Assembly: GCA_008080735.1 (NCBI GenBank) | Contig: SHMW01000005.1 | Coordinates: 24,135 to 88,134, forward strand | From: Promethearchaeota archaeon | Lineage (GTDB): Archaea > Asgardarchaeota > Lokiarchaeia > Sigyniarchaeales > SOKP01 | DNA length: 64,000 nt | Reading direction: 5' to 3' | Shown: positions 37,570-47,814 of the stretch, piece after piece | Layout: every line of letters starts with the position of its first letter | Position numbering within the stretch: position 1 is the first letter of the stretch | Notes under the pieces: model-generated | What the model was told of the DNA's origin: nothing | The model's database searches: none | What the model saw: the letters and a program-made list of their open reading frames with translations, nothing else | Position numbers and translations under genes: made by a program

Positions 37570-39100
37570 GTTCAATGAAGTGCCATTAGATGATAATAAA
37601 ACTTATGAACTTTTCGCCAAAGGTGATACTTTAGGTGTGTTTCAATTAGAAAGACAATTGGGTCAAGATTGGTCTAAGAGAATAAAGCCAAAGGATATTA
37701 CTAGTATTTCTGATTTAATTGCATTAATAAGGCCCGGAGCGTTGGAATCTGGTCAGTCTGAATTATATGCAAAACGGTGTAATTATGAAGAACCAATAGA
37801 ATATTTACATCCCGCCTTAGAATCTGTGTTGAAAGATACATATGGCTGTCTGTGTTATCAGGAACAAGCGATAAGAATTGCTATGGATATTGCTGGATTT
37901 ACCGATATTAAGGCAGATATGCTTAGAAAATGTATTGGTAAAAAAGACCCAGTACTAATGGCTGAAATGAAACAAGAATTTCTCGAAGGTTGCGAGAAAA
38001 ACGGTGTTGTTACAAAAGAACAAGCAGATGAAATTTTTAGTTGGATAGAAAAAGGACAAAGATATTCGTTTAATAAAAGTCATGGTTTATTTTATGCATT
38101 AAATGCTTATCATTCGGCGTATGCAAAAGTTAATTATCCTACAGAATTTTACACAGCTTATTTAACATACTCTAAATACAAGCCATCTCCAAGAGAGGAA
38201 ATATACAACTTAGTTCAAAACGCCAAAAGAAATAACGTAGAGGTTTATCCTCCAGACATTCGTAAAAAGAATGTTGATTTCGATATGATTGGTGATAGAA
38301 AAGTAATCTTTGGATTATCGCATATAAGAGGTATCGGCGAAGCTAATATTAACAAATTGAAAAATGTAAATGTTAATAGTTTTATAGATTTAATAGCTAA
38401 TAGTAAGAAACTTAACAAAGGTGTTATAGAAGCTTTGATCAAATCAGGGGCTTGTGATTGCTATGAATTATCAAGAAATTATATGGTTCGATGTCTGTAC
38501 GCTGTATTAGGACAAGATAACTCTACAGAAACCCCTTTAGACTTACGTTCTTTATCATCTAAAGAATTGCAATTCTTTTACGATAATATAAAAAATATTG
38601 GAGATATAGAAAACGTTTTAAATAAAATTATCGAAAACAACATATGTATTAACAAACGCAAAAATATTATTAAAAACAAAATAAATTATATAGTTAATGC
38701 ACCAGAAGATACTAGTAAAATAAAAAGTATTTGGGAAAAATTGTACTTAGGATTGAATATAAGCTGTTCGGCAGCCGATGATTATAATAACAAGCCCGGT
38801 ACTATATCTTGCAAGACCGTTTACTCAATAGAATATCAGACAAGATTTACCATAAATGTAGTGATAGACAAGATTTATAAGAAAAAAACTAGTGAAAAAT
38901 CTAAAATACCAAATTCGCCGTATTGCTATTTAGATGTCAGCGACAACAGTTGCAACTTGTCTCGTGTTATTTGTTGGCCAGAATTGTATAATAATGTGAA
39001 AGAACAGATTTATGAAGGTTGCGTTGCCAACATCAGGGCATATAAAAACAAATGGAATAATCGCGACCAAATTATTGTTAATAATTTAGAGGTAATTTGA
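37562..39100 (+). CDS. dnaE: DNA polymerase III alpha, C-terminal half (fingers, HhH, OB fold)
   Basis: PLDD..TY, GVFQLE, ALIRPG, L..TYG..CYQEQ, YSFNKSH, PPDI, FGLSHIRGIG, EALIKSGACD. Confidence 0.95.
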   Translation: MYKFNEVPLDDNKTYELFAKGDTLGVFQLERQLGQDWSKRIKPKDITSISDLIALIRPGALESGQSELYAKRCNYEEPIEYLHPALESVLKDTYGCLCYQEQAIRIAMDIAGFTDIKADMLRKCIGKKDPVLMAEMKQEFLEGCEKNGVVTKEQADEIFSWIEKGQRYSFNKSHGLFYALNAYHSAYAKVNYPTEFYTAYLTYSKYKPSPREEIYNLVQNAKRNNVEVYPPDIRKKNVDFDMIGDRKVIFGLSHIRGIGEANINKLKNVNVNSFIDLIANSKKLNKGVIEALIKSGACDCYELSRNYMVRCLYAVLGQDNSTETPLDLRSLSSKELQFFYDNIKNIGDIENVLNKIIENNICINKRKNIIKNKINYIVNAPEDTSKIKSIWEKLYLGLNISCSAADDYNNKPGTISCKTVYSIEYQTRFTINVVIDKIYKKKTSEKSKIPNSPYCYLDVSDNSCNLSRVICWPELYNNVKEQIYEGCVANIRAYKNKWNNRDQIIVNNLEVI

Positions 39101-39101
39101 T

Positions 39102-39308
39102 ATGGCAAAACAAACAGAGTATACATCAAGTTCTTACACTAAGCCTAGCACAGACTCTAAGAAAAGCCAAAGTGATAGTACTAAACTAAGCAATCAGAGT
39201 TTGGCTCGTATTATGGTTGAAACAGTATGCAGATCTATTGTATTAAGCAATAACACAGCACATAGTTTACAATCAGCGTTCGAAATGGTGTTAAAAGACC
39301 ATAGATGA
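39102..39308 (+). CDS. Small hypothetical protein
   Basis: ORF followed by terminator. Confidence 0.55.
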   Translation: MAKQTEYTSSSYTKPSTDSKKSQSDSTKLSNQSLARIMVETVCRSIVLSNNTAHSLQSAFEMVLKDHR

Positions 39309-39330
39309 TTTCCCTATAAGGTGTGTGTCG

Positions 39331-39364
39331 GTCGCTATTGATTGAAAAATTGATAGCGACTTTT
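39331..39364 (+). terminator. Intrinsic terminator
   Basis: GTCGCTATTGATT-GAAA-AATTGATAGCGAC followed by TTTT. Confidence 0.75.
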
Positions 39365-39389
39365 AGGATTAAGATAAGGATAGGTTTTA

Positions 39390-41057
39390 ATGACTAAGAA
39401 AAAGCCAAAGATTATATGGTCTGGTGAAGCTTCATTTCTCAACACTGGTTTCAGTGTAATTGCTAATCAAATACTATCAAGACTATATGATACAAACAAA
39501 TACGAAATAGTCGAAATCGGTAGCTATGCCAAAACAAGTGATCCCAGAAGTAATGAGTTACCTTGGACTTTTTACGGAGTTATACCAGAAGATCACGAGA
39601 CAAAGTATAAACAAGAATTCGACTCTTCGGTATATGCACAGTTTGGCGAAAAGCGTTTGCCACATGTTATGTTGCAAGAAAAGCCAGATGCTCTAATATG
39701 CATAACAGATCAATGGATGTCGTCAAAATTTCAATTAAAGAATCCATTTATAAAATTTGTTAAGTATATTTTGCACCCAACTATAGATGGACGGCCACAA
39801 AAAAACGAATGGATAGACGACTATTTCAAAGCCGACTTATTATTATCTTATACCACTTTTGGTCGCGATACTTTATTGAATCAAACAGCGGGACGTTTAA
39901 AAGTATTCGATGTAACAAGACCTACTGTTGATCATCATACATTTAAACCAATGGATAAAAAGAAAATTCGACAGAAGTTTGGTATAGATGAAAATGCTAA
40001 AATTATAATGACGACAATGAGAAATCAACGTCGTAAATTATTTCCAGATTTAATAGAAGACTTTGTTAAATTAATCAATCATGCTAGAGATCGTCAAAAT
40101 GAAGAATTGGCGAATAATACCTATTTATTATTACACACTTCTTATCCTGATGTTGGATTTGACATACCCTATCATCTAAAAAGAAATAATATTGGTCATA
40201 AGGTTATTATGACATACTGTTGTAATGCTTGTGGGCATTATTATGTAGATCATTATCATGGTGAACAGGTTATTTGTCCTAGATGTAATAATTTATCGGC
40301 ACATATGCCCAACTCATCAAATGGTGTTACTCGTCAGCAATTAGCGGAAATATTTAATTTGGCTAATCTATATGTTCAATATAGTTTGTGCGAAGGTTTA
40401 GGATGCCCTATAGGCGAAGCAAAGGCATGTGAAGTACCAACACTTGCTGTTGATTATTCTGCTATGTCTGAACAAGTAGAAATTGATGGTTGTGATAAAA
40501 TTAGAGTTGATAAATTCTTCTGGGAACCAATAACAGAAACCAGCCAATATCGTGCTTTGCCTGATAGCGAAGATTTCGTACATAAAGCATACAACTTCTT
40601 AACATCTCCAGAATGGCAAATAAAAGAATGGGGTCGTAACGCCAGAGAAGATGTTGTTGAAAACTTCTCATTTGACAGAGCGGCTAAAATATTTGAAAAT
40701 GCATTAGATCATTTAGATTATCCAGATCACGAGACGACATGGATGAATCCCAGTCTAAATCTAATACAACCAAATATGCAATTCCCACCAAATTTAGATA
40801 ATAATTCTTTTGTACAGTGGTGTGTAGAAAATGTTTTGCAAAAACCAGATCTATTTGCCCAAAGTGAAATCAATGAATTTGTAAAATCATTAAATTGTGG
40901 TTTTATGAATGATAGAAGTGGAAGAAAGGAATTCACTAAGGAAGTTTTTGTAAATCACATGCTTAATTTAGTACAATTTTATAATCAATGGGAACAAGCT
41001 AGATATGATAAGCTCATTGAAAAACCAAGCAATTCAGTAGGATACGCTATATTATGA
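39390..41057 (+). CDS. GT4-like (GT-B) glycosyltransferase with an inserted zinc ribbon
   Basis: TGFS, RNQRRK, EGLGCPIGEAKAC; insert CNAC...CPRC. Confidence 0.85.
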   Translation: MTKKKPKIIWSGEASFLNTGFSVIANQILSRLYDTNKYEIVEIGSYAKTSDPRSNELPWTFYGVIPEDHETKYKQEFDSSVYAQFGEKRLPHVMLQEKPDALICITDQWMSSKFQLKNPFIKFVKYILHPTIDGRPQKNEWIDDYFKADLLLSYTTFGRDTLLNQTAGRLKVFDVTRPTVDHHTFKPMDKKKIRQKFGIDENAKIIMTTMRNQRRKLFPDLIEDFVKLINHARDRQNEELANNTYLLLHTSYPDVGFDIPYHLKRNNIGHKVIMTYCCNACGHYYVDHYHGEQVICPRCNNLSAHMPNSSNGVTRQQLAEIFNLANLYVQYSLCEGLGCPIGEAKACEVPTLAVDYSAMSEQVEIDGCDKIRVDKFFWEPITETSQYRALPDSEDFVHKAYNFLTSPEWQIKEWGRNAREDVVENFSFDRAAKIFENALDHLDYPDHETTWMNPSLNLIQPNMQFPPNLDNNSFVQWCVENVLQKPDLFAQSEINEFVKSLNCGFMNDRSGRKEFTKEVFVNHMLNLVQFYNQWEQARYDKLIEKPSNSVGYAIL

Positions 41058-42178
41058 AAATAGCATACATAGCACCGTACCGAGACGGCACAGGATATTC
41101 ACAAGCAGCTATTGCAAATATATTGGCTATGGATGAAGTCGGTATAGAAGTTGTTCCGCGTCATGTTAAGATGACCAATAGTGTTGGTAATGTTCCAAAT
41201 CGAGTAACAGACTTAGAAGAGAACGATCTTAATAATGTAGACGCTGTAATACAACACAATTTACCAAGCGAATTCTGTAGAAATGGAGACATACCACATA
41301 TTGGTATATTTGCATATGAAACAGATAAAGTTGCTTCCAATAACTGGAAGTATCACTTAGATTTAATGGACTTAATTGTAACACTTAATACATTCCAAAA
41401 AGAAGCAATAGAACAAGTTTTGCCAGACAAGACTGTTAAAGTTATAACAACTCCAATAATTGAAGATCAAAAAAGAGTTGGATTATCATTTGATCTGCCA
41501 ATTAAGGGTAAGACAGTATTTTATACCATATCTGAACTAACAGAACGTAAAGGTATACATCAATTACTGGCAGCCTACTACAATACATTTAGTTGTTATG
41601 ATAATGTAATTTTGCTTATCAAAGGGCATAAAGCCGGATTGTCGCCACAGGATTCACTAAATTACATTAATGACTTATCTAATAATATAAAAAATAGATT
41701 AAACAAGTATTCTGACAACTATATGTATCCACAAATTTTGGTTATGCCAGAATATTTATCAGATGAACAAATCAATTATCTGCATAGAATTGGCGATGTT
41801 TTTGTATCGGCCAGTAAAGGCGAAGCGTATTGCATACCTTTTGTAGATGCTATGCATTTTGGCAACCCAACAATCGTTCCTTATCATACAGCATTTAGAG
41901 AATTTGCGTATGATAGAAATTTATTAGTTAATTCAATATCAACACCTTGCTTTGGATATGATGGTGGTATATCTCGCATTTATACATCACGAGAGACATG
42001 GCATAATATTGAACAGATAGATTTACAGTGTGCATTTAGAGTTTGCCATAATAAGCTAGATAGTTTTACTAACCAAAAGATTGTTAATAATAGAAAAAAT
42101 CATTGTAATAAATTATTTAATTCAGAAAACATAGGTAATATGTTTAAGGAAACGATAGAAAATGCAATTAAAGCATAA
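41054..42178 (+). CDS. GT4-like glycosyltransferase
   Basis: TGYS.AA, ERKG, DVFVSASKGEAYCIP..DAM. Confidence 0.85.
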   Translation: MKIAYIAPYRDGTGYSQAAIANILAMDEVGIEVVPRHVKMTNSVGNVPNRVTDLEENDLNNVDAVIQHNLPSEFCRNGDIPHIGIFAYETDKVASNNWKYHLDLMDLIVTLNTFQKEAIEQVLPDKTVKVITTPIIEDQKRVGLSFDLPIKGKTVFYTISELTERKGIHQLLAAYYNTFSCYDNVILLIKGHKAGLSPQDSLNYINDLSNNIKNRLNKYSDNYMYPQILVMPEYLSDEQINYLHRIGDVFVSASKGEAYCIPFVDAMHFGNPTIVPYHTAFREFAYDRNLLVNSISTPCFGYDGGISRIYTSRETWHNIEQIDLQCAFRVCHNKLDSFTNQKIVNNRKNHCNKLFNSENIGNMFKETIENAIKA

Positions 42179-43163
42179 TAACATATTAAGAATTATTAAC
42201 AACACAGGTAAATACAATATCCTAACCGGGGCAACACACGAAAGGTATCAATCTAATTGGCAAACTATGCCACATAGATTTTATTTAATGCAACACGATC
42301 GATTCAAACCTTGGGGTTTCGATCAAGCACCATTGCCGGAAAACCATATATTTTTACCAAAAGGATCGAGCATTCCTTGGGATATTAATATTGATATACT
42401 TTTAAGTCAAAATAAATTTGGTCAGTATCAAAATATTAAACCTATGTCAGATCGATTTGGACTTCCATTTATTAGTTTAGAACATACATTGCCTGTGCCA
42501 ACTTGGAATAACAAAATAAGAAAATCTGTTAGACAAATGACTGGTGATGTCAATGTCTTTATTAGTGAATACAGTGTTAAACAGTGGGGTTTTGAAGATG
42601 TAGATAATGTTGAAGTTATTCACCATGGTGTAGATACAGAAAAGTTTGTTCCAAAAGATGTGGAAAAAGATGGTAAAATATGTACTATAGTTAACGACTA
42701 TATAAATCGCGATATATTTTGCGGATGGAATATATATAAACAGGTGGTTATAGATAATAATTTGGATGCTAACCCTTGGGGAAATACTCCGGGTTTTTCT
42801 CAGCCAACAAAAGATGTGGACCACTTGATATCTATATTACAAAATGCTAGTGTGTTTTTTAATACCAGCACGGTTAGTCCTATTCCAACTGCTTTATTAG
42901 AAGCTATGTCTGTTGGCACACCTTGTGTTTCTACATCGACATGCATGATACCAGACATTATAGAAGATGGCGTAAATGGCTTTATAAGTAATGATCCAAG
43001 TGAACTAAGATCAAAACTAGAATGGTGTTTAGAAAACGAAGAAGAGTCTAGAAAAATTGGATTAAACGGCAGAAAAACAATTGAGAAGATGTTTAGTTTA
43101 GACGATCATATAAACAAATGGAATAATTTATTTGCTAGAATAGCAGGAAGAACATCGATATGA
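42162..43163 (+). CDS. GT4-like glycosyltransferase
   Basis: IHHGVD...F, P.ALLEAMSVGTPCV, IIEDGVNGF. Confidence 0.88.
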   Translation: MQLKHNNILRIINNTGKYNILTGATHERYQSNWQTMPHRFYLMQHDRFKPWGFDQAPLPENHIFLPKGSSIPWDINIDILLSQNKFGQYQNIKPMSDRFGLPFISLEHTLPVPTWNNKIRKSVRQMTGDVNVFISEYSVKQWGFEDVDNVEVIHHGVDTEKFVPKDVEKDGKICTIVNDYINRDIFCGWNIYKQVVIDNNLDANPWGNTPGFSQPTKDVDHLISILQNASVFFNTSTVSPIPTALLEAMSVGTPCVSTSTCMIPDIIEDGVNGFISNDPSELRSKLEWCLENEEESRKIGLNGRKTIEKMFSLDDHINKWNNLFARIAGRTSI

Positions 43164-43642
43164 AGCTTAACTTACAATGTGGTGAAGATTTAAGAAATGG
43201 ATATAAGAATATAAATTTTGGCCCAATTCAAGGGTCTAATAATCATCCCGGAATAGATTTTATAGTAGGTGATTTTAGAAATTTAAGTAGTGTTATATCT
43301 GATGACAGTTGTGAGGAAATTAACTTTGTACCGGTTTTTAACATTGTGAATCCGAACGAAGTTATTCATGTTTTACGACATTGGCGTGATAAATTATCTA
43401 ACCGAGGTGTCTTGAAAATACATATGGTGGATATTAGATTATTGTCAGGTTTAATCTACGATGGAGATATAGAACTTAATCAAATACATAAATTAATTTT
43501 TGGTTCACAACAACCACATCAGAATGTAATGGATCTAAAAAATATTAAACAAGCGTTAGAATCTAATGGTTATCAAATAGAATCTATTAATATTGCTAAT
43601 GACTTTATGCTGAGAATTGAATGTTATGCCATTAAAGAATAG
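43160..43642 (+). CDS. Degenerate class I SAM methyltransferase-like protein
   Basis: KLNLQCG....GYKNI resembles KLNLGCG; W...L...GVL.I. Confidence 0.65.
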   Translation: MKLNLQCGEDLRNGYKNINFGPIQGSNNHPGIDFIVGDFRNLSSVISDDSCEEINFVPVFNIVNPNEVIHVLRHWRDKLSNRGVLKIHMVDIRLLSGLIYDGDIELNQIHKLIFGSQQPHQNVMDLKNIKQALESNGYQIESINIANDFMLRIECYAIKE

Positions 43643-44171
43643 ATTTTCAAATGTTAGTAATCGTTATCCTGCTATTGACAGCATGACCTATTGTACTGCC
43701 ATATTGACAGACAAGGTTAAATACGAAGATATCGACAAATTGTTAAAGTATTCTGATATTATAGATCATTTATCATTAACAATGTATCCATATGATAAAA
43801 GATTTGATCAAAATATTTTGCAAGATGTTCTAAATTCCTTTAATACTTGGTCAATAGAATGGGTAGAAGATACAGTAAATCCATCCGAAAAACAAATGAT
43901 CAACAATTCTTTTCGTCATATATCTACCAACTGGGGTGCTTATTCAAGTTTTGATGACATGTTTTCGGTTGATCAAATAGTTAAAGCTAAACGAATTATA
44001 AAGCAAAATCCAGATATATACACTTTATACACTAAAGGCGGATCAAAGCAATATAAGTTAATAACACGCCCATCTGTATTTGTTCAGTTTCATGGCAATG
44101 TTAACAATCCATTATTATATAAAATCAAGTGTCAATGCTCAAATTGGAAAGAACTATGCGTCAAGATATAA
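43626..44171 (+). CDS. Hypothetical protein in glycosylation cluster
   Basis: ORF. Confidence 0.65.
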   Translation: MPLKNRFSNVSNRYPAIDSMTYCTAILTDKVKYEDIDKLLKYSDIIDHLSLTMYPYDKRFDQNILQDVLNSFNTWSIEWVEDTVNPSEKQMINNSFRHISTNWGAYSSFDDMFSVDQIVKAKRIIKQNPDIYTLYTKGGSKQYKLITRPSVFVQFHGNVNNPLLYKIKCQCSNWKELCVKI

Positions 44172-44926
44172 AGGTAGGAATAATTACAGCCTGCTATAAT
44201 GGTGGCAGGTATATGGAAGAATATATCAACGGTATTATGTCTCAAACATATAAACCTACACACTGTGCTATAGTTGATGACAATAGTACTGATAACTCTT
44301 GGTATCAGATAGTTAAATTTATAGGTAAAAGATCGGGCAAGTCTATTAGTCCAAATGAATTTCAAATAGAGTTGAAATTTAACGGTATAATATTTCGTTT
44401 AAAAAGACTGAAGAAAAATGGTGGACCATCAAAAGCACGAAATGAAGCTATAAAATTACTTTATAACGATGTCGAAATTTTTGCGGTTTATGATATCGAT
44501 GACTGGTATAAACCAGAAAAAATCGAAAAGTCTTTAATAGCAATGTCGGAAAATCCACATGCTGGTTTAATTTATAGCGATTATTCTGTATACAACGAAG
44601 CTAATGATACATTGACTAGAGAATATAAAGAACCTTTTGATTATAATAGATTGGTTCAAGAGTGCATTGTATCAAATAATTCTATTTATACTAAAAATGT
44701 TTTAGATAAAATTGGTCTTTATGACGAATCCATACGTGGACCAGAAGATTACGATATGTGGTTACGAATGGCAGAGAAGTGTATGATATACCATGTTCCT
44801 GAAGATCTATATACATATAGAGTTAGTGGAGAAAACTTAACTATTAAAACAGACTCCAAAGAGTTTGCTAAACAAGTTCAAAAAGTTAAGAATAAAATAG
44901 CAGAAAGACAAAATGCAAGATCATAA
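44156..44926 (+). CDS. GT2 glycosyltransferase
   Basis: IITACYN, VDDNSTDNS, GPSKARN, DIDD, EDYDMWLR. Confidence 0.92.
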   Translation: MRQDIKVGIITACYNGGRYMEEYINGIMSQTYKPTHCAIVDDNSTDNSWYQIVKFIGKRSGKSISPNEFQIELKFNGIIFRLKRLKKNGGPSKARNEAIKLLYNDVEIFAVYDIDDWYKPEKIEKSLIAMSENPHAGLIYSDYSVYNEANDTLTREYKEPFDYNRLVQECIVSNNSIYTKNVLDKIGLYDESIRGPEDYDMWLRMAEKCMIYHVPEDLYTYRVSGENLTIKTDSKEFAKQVQKVKNKIAERQNARS

Positions 44927-45422
44927 AACACATTCTAGAGATTTCTCAATTGGATTTGTGGTTAATCATTTGGGACCAAACCAGACATCCTACGGTGTTA
45001 TAAAAGCGTGTAATGAATGTTTGTCTAAATATAATAACATATCACCGTCAATATATTATGTAAATCAGTCCATACCATGTATAAAATCAATTGTTCCAAG
45101 GTATCCATCTTATGAAATAAGAGATCATGTAGGTATGATAATAGCCACATCGGTCGAAACCGCATTGCTTATACAACAATCATATCAACCAAATAGATAT
45201 AAAATATTTTATATTGATGATTTACATTATTTAAGAAATTCATTGATGTTGAAAAGCAAATATAACGATATAATGTTAGATAGTGACATTGTTAAGATTT
45301 GTAGATCTCAAGATCATGCAAAAGAATTAATGCAACTAGGTTATAGTATACATAACAAAACGATACCTTATATTAAAATAGAAAGCTTTTTGGAGATGTT
45401 AAATGGCACAGAAGAAATCTGA
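44913..45422 (+). CDS. Hypothetical protein, possible GT-B N-terminal-like fragment
   Basis: IAT..ETA, FYIDDL. Confidence 0.6.
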   Translation: MQDHKTHSRDFSIGFVVNHLGPNQTSYGVIKACNECLSKYNNISPSIYYVNQSIPCIKSIVPRYPSYEIRDHVGMIIATSVETALLIQQSYQPNRYKIFYIDDLHYLRNSLMLKSKYNDIMLDSDIVKICRSQDHAKELMQLGYSIHNKTIPYIKIESFLEMLNGTEEI

Positions 45423-46185
45423 AATTATAGCACAAATATTGGAAACAGGACAATATTCCGAAAAAGAACTGACTAATAAAAAGGTTGCTGAGCTTAAGAA
45501 GATTTTAGATGGTATAGCCGAAGCTGGCGAAGTTTTTATGAATGTAGAAGAAGAATCAGAAGAACAAGTTGTGTTAAATTCTGATATTTATAAAGAAATG
45601 TCGGAAAGTGATTGGACTGCCAAAGTAATGAATATGCTAGACGAATCGGAAATAGATAATGGTAATCCAAAAGTAGATGGTTTACGTAGGGTTGCTACTA
45701 AAATATTTGGAATGTTTTCAGTATATTTTGATGTCAAGCAAACTCCAGACACAGCTAATCGTGGACGTGCTACTGTAGTTGCGACAATTGATATACCAGG
45801 CCAATGCTGTATATGTGGATCGGCTGATGTATTTCACGGTAATACAGACGGAACTTTTGCAGTACATCCAGTAGCAACGGCAGAAACTAGAGCGGAAGGA
45901 AGAGCTTTACGTAGATTACTACGACTGGTCAAGGTTCATGCGGCAGAAGAACTAACAAAAGAATCTTCACTTCCAAATAGAACAAAAGTTACCGAAAGTA
46001 TGCTTAATAGTGTAACTAAAGTATGTGAAAAGCTTAACATAGATCTAACCAAGCTATCTGTTTACAATGGTCATGATATATCTAGTCCAAATGATCTTAC
46101 TTATGAAGATCTGCAATCTCTAATCTTAGTCTTAAATGAATACAATAAGAACAAGGATAAAATACCAAATGAAGTCAGTGCTTAA
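45403..46185 (+). CDS. Possible single-strand annealing protein (Rad52/Sak-like)
   Basis: P..DGLRRV, ATV, G.A, ATAETRAEGRALR. Confidence 0.55.
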   Translation: MAQKKSEIIAQILETGQYSEKELTNKKVAELKKILDGIAEAGEVFMNVEEESEEQVVLNSDIYKEMSESDWTAKVMNMLDESEIDNGNPKVDGLRRVATKIFGMFSVYFDVKQTPDTANRGRATVVATIDIPGQCCICGSADVFHGNTDGTFAVHPVATAETRAEGRALRRLLRLVKVHAAEELTKESSLPNRTKVTESMLNSVTKVCEKLNIDLTKLSVYNGHDISSPNDLTYEDLQSLILVLNEYNKNKDKIPNEVSA

Positions 46186-46723
46186 TGATTTCACAATATA
46201 CCTAGCTGGCCCAATCGAATATACAAAAGATAGTGGTGTAGCTTGGCGTAAAAAAATAAAACAATATTGTTCTGATTTCAAACTTGGTATTGATTTCTTA
46301 GATCCAACAGACAAACCTGTGTTTGCTAGGCATATTAATGACGAAAAACAAAAAAGTAACGATCTAAAAAATGAAGGTAATTGGTATGAATTACGAAGCC
46401 TGATGAAAGAGATTGTTCGTACTGACTTGAGGATGGTAGACAGATCTGATGCTGTTATAGCTTATATTAACGTTGACATTTATATGTGCGGAACAATGCA
46501 TGAGATTGTTAATGCTAGTGTACAACACAAGCCAATATTTTTAATCGTTGATGGTGGCAAAAAACGTTGTCCATCTTGGTTGTTTGGTTTGATTGATTAT
46601 CAAGAAATGTTTGATTCAGTAGAAGAATGTATTTCGTACCTACATAAAATTGATACTGGATTAGTTAAAATAGATAATAGATTTCCGTTTATAAAGCGAG
46701 AAAAATTATGCCAGTATTCTTAA
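46169..46723 (+). CDS. Nucleoside 2-deoxyribosyltransferase-like protein
   Basis: IYLAGPI, WR, LDP, DLRMVDRSD, GTMHE, KP. Confidence 0.85.
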   Translation: MKSVLNDFTIYLAGPIEYTKDSGVAWRKKIKQYCSDFKLGIDFLDPTDKPVFARHINDEKQKSNDLKNEGNWYELRSLMKEIVRTDLRMVDRSDAVIAYINVDIYMCGTMHEIVNASVQHKPIFLIVDGGKKRCPSWLFGLIDYQEMFDSVEECISYLHKIDTGLVKIDNRFPFIKREKLCQYS

Positions 46724-47187
46724 AAGACTGGAGATGTTACCGTGTTAGTAAAAAGGGTGGATATGCATCTAGAGTTAATGTTCGAGATGTAAAGAATAAA
46801 AAAGGATATGACGAAACAGTAGTTTTTCTATCAACCACCAAGCAGAATGGCAAAGATGAAAATGGCAATGCTAGTTTTGATTGGGATAATGCAATCAATA
46901 TTAAACTTGGAGAAGCTGATATAGGTGAAATTTTAGCTGTTCTATCGGGACGTAAAGATACCGTTGGTCAAAATGGGTCTTTATTCCATGAAAGTCCCAA
47001 TGGCGGTAATAAGGTTATTGCAATGTCCTACAGCCCAAACTACAAGTCTTTTATGATGAAACTATCGGCTCAAGACAAAGATGGAAACAAAATTGGCCCA
47101 TATGGACATGGCATTTCACTTGGTGAAGCAGAAGTTTTAAGTGAAATTTTACGTTATGCTATAAGAAAAATGTATAATTTTGTATAA
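46708..47187 (+). CDS. Whirly-like ssDNA-binding protein (putative)
   Basis: FDWDNAINIKLGEADIGEIL, LFH, ISLGEAEVL resemble Whirly-domain motifs. Confidence 0.55.
   Translation: MPVFLKDWRCYRVSKKGGYASRVNVRDVKNKKGYDETVVFLSTTKQNGKDENGNASFDWDNAINIKLGEADIGEILAVLSGRKDTVGQNGSLFHESPNGGNKVIAMSYSPNYKSFMMKLSAQDKDGNKIGPYGHGISLGEAEVLSEILRYAIRKMYNFV
47181..47187 (+). promoter_or_regulatory. Putative promoter element TGTATAA (second copy at 47171)
   Basis: 37 nt upstream of ATG 47218; matches the site at 2043. Confidence 0.4.
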
Positions 47188-47217
47188 TATTATATATAGA
47201 TCACATGGAAATTTATT

Positions 47218-47415
47218 ATGGCTATTGTAAATACCAACCCAAATAGTGTGTATAATGCCGGTAAACGAGCAATTGTTTTCTCACCACATCCTTCTGGTGC
47301 GGCACAAGTTAACATATCGGACGGTCCAGAACGTAGTGTTATAAACTATACTGGTGAAGATATTTATATTCCTACTGAATCTGGCGTTAATATGGTACGA
47401 TCGATAACATCGTAA
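47218..47415 (+). CDS. Small protein, possibly virion-associated
   Basis: Leader similar to ORF 2082; 2 SG motifs; downstream hairpin. Confidence 0.65.
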   Translation: MAIVNTNPNSVYNAGKRAIVFSPHPSGAAQVNISDGPERSVINYTGEDIYIPTESGVNMVRSITS

Positions 47416-47440
47416 TAGTATGAATTTTACAATTTTACAA

Positions 47441-47478
47441 AATAGTCGATTGGATATCAATCCATCGATTATTATTTT
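47441..47478 (+). terminator. Hairpin, possible terminator
   Basis: AATAGTCGATTGGAT-atca-ATCCATCGATTATT. Confidence 0.55.
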
Positions 47479-47493
47479 CTTAGGAATTGTATT

Positions 47494-47814
47494 ATGATAG
47501 AAGTTATTACCGCGTTATTATTAATTATTGTGTTCTTGTTTGCAATAATAGCATTTCAATTTTTTGGATGGAACCGTAATTACATAACAAGATGTAAATT
47601 AGATAAAAATGGTGATGTTGTTGCATTAGCTTGGATGAATAGAAGTTGGGTTTTGGTAAAAGCTAATAATGATGATATATTAATAGATTCTTTATATTCG
47701 GCAGATAAGTTCTGTGGTTCACAACCACAGTTTATTAGATTTAGAAATATGCGTCAGCTAGATTTTATCCTGAATGTATATTTGCCGGATATACTTAATG
47801 AAGATGAAGAATAA
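47494..47814 (+). CDS. Membrane-anchored hypothetical protein
   Basis: N-terminal transmembrane helix. Confidence 0.7.
   Translation: MIEVITALLLIIVFLFAIIAFQFFGWNRNYITRCKLDKNGDVVALAWMNRSWVLVKANNDDILIDSLYSADKFCGSQPQFIRFRNMRQLDFILNVYLPDILNEDEE

Noticed and set aside
36300-37700. Split intein or group I intron joining the dnaE halves
   Set aside because: No Cys/Ser-initiated intein N-fragment or HN/C C-fragment. The gap is fully occupied by two coupled ORFs, neither resembling a homing endonuclease.
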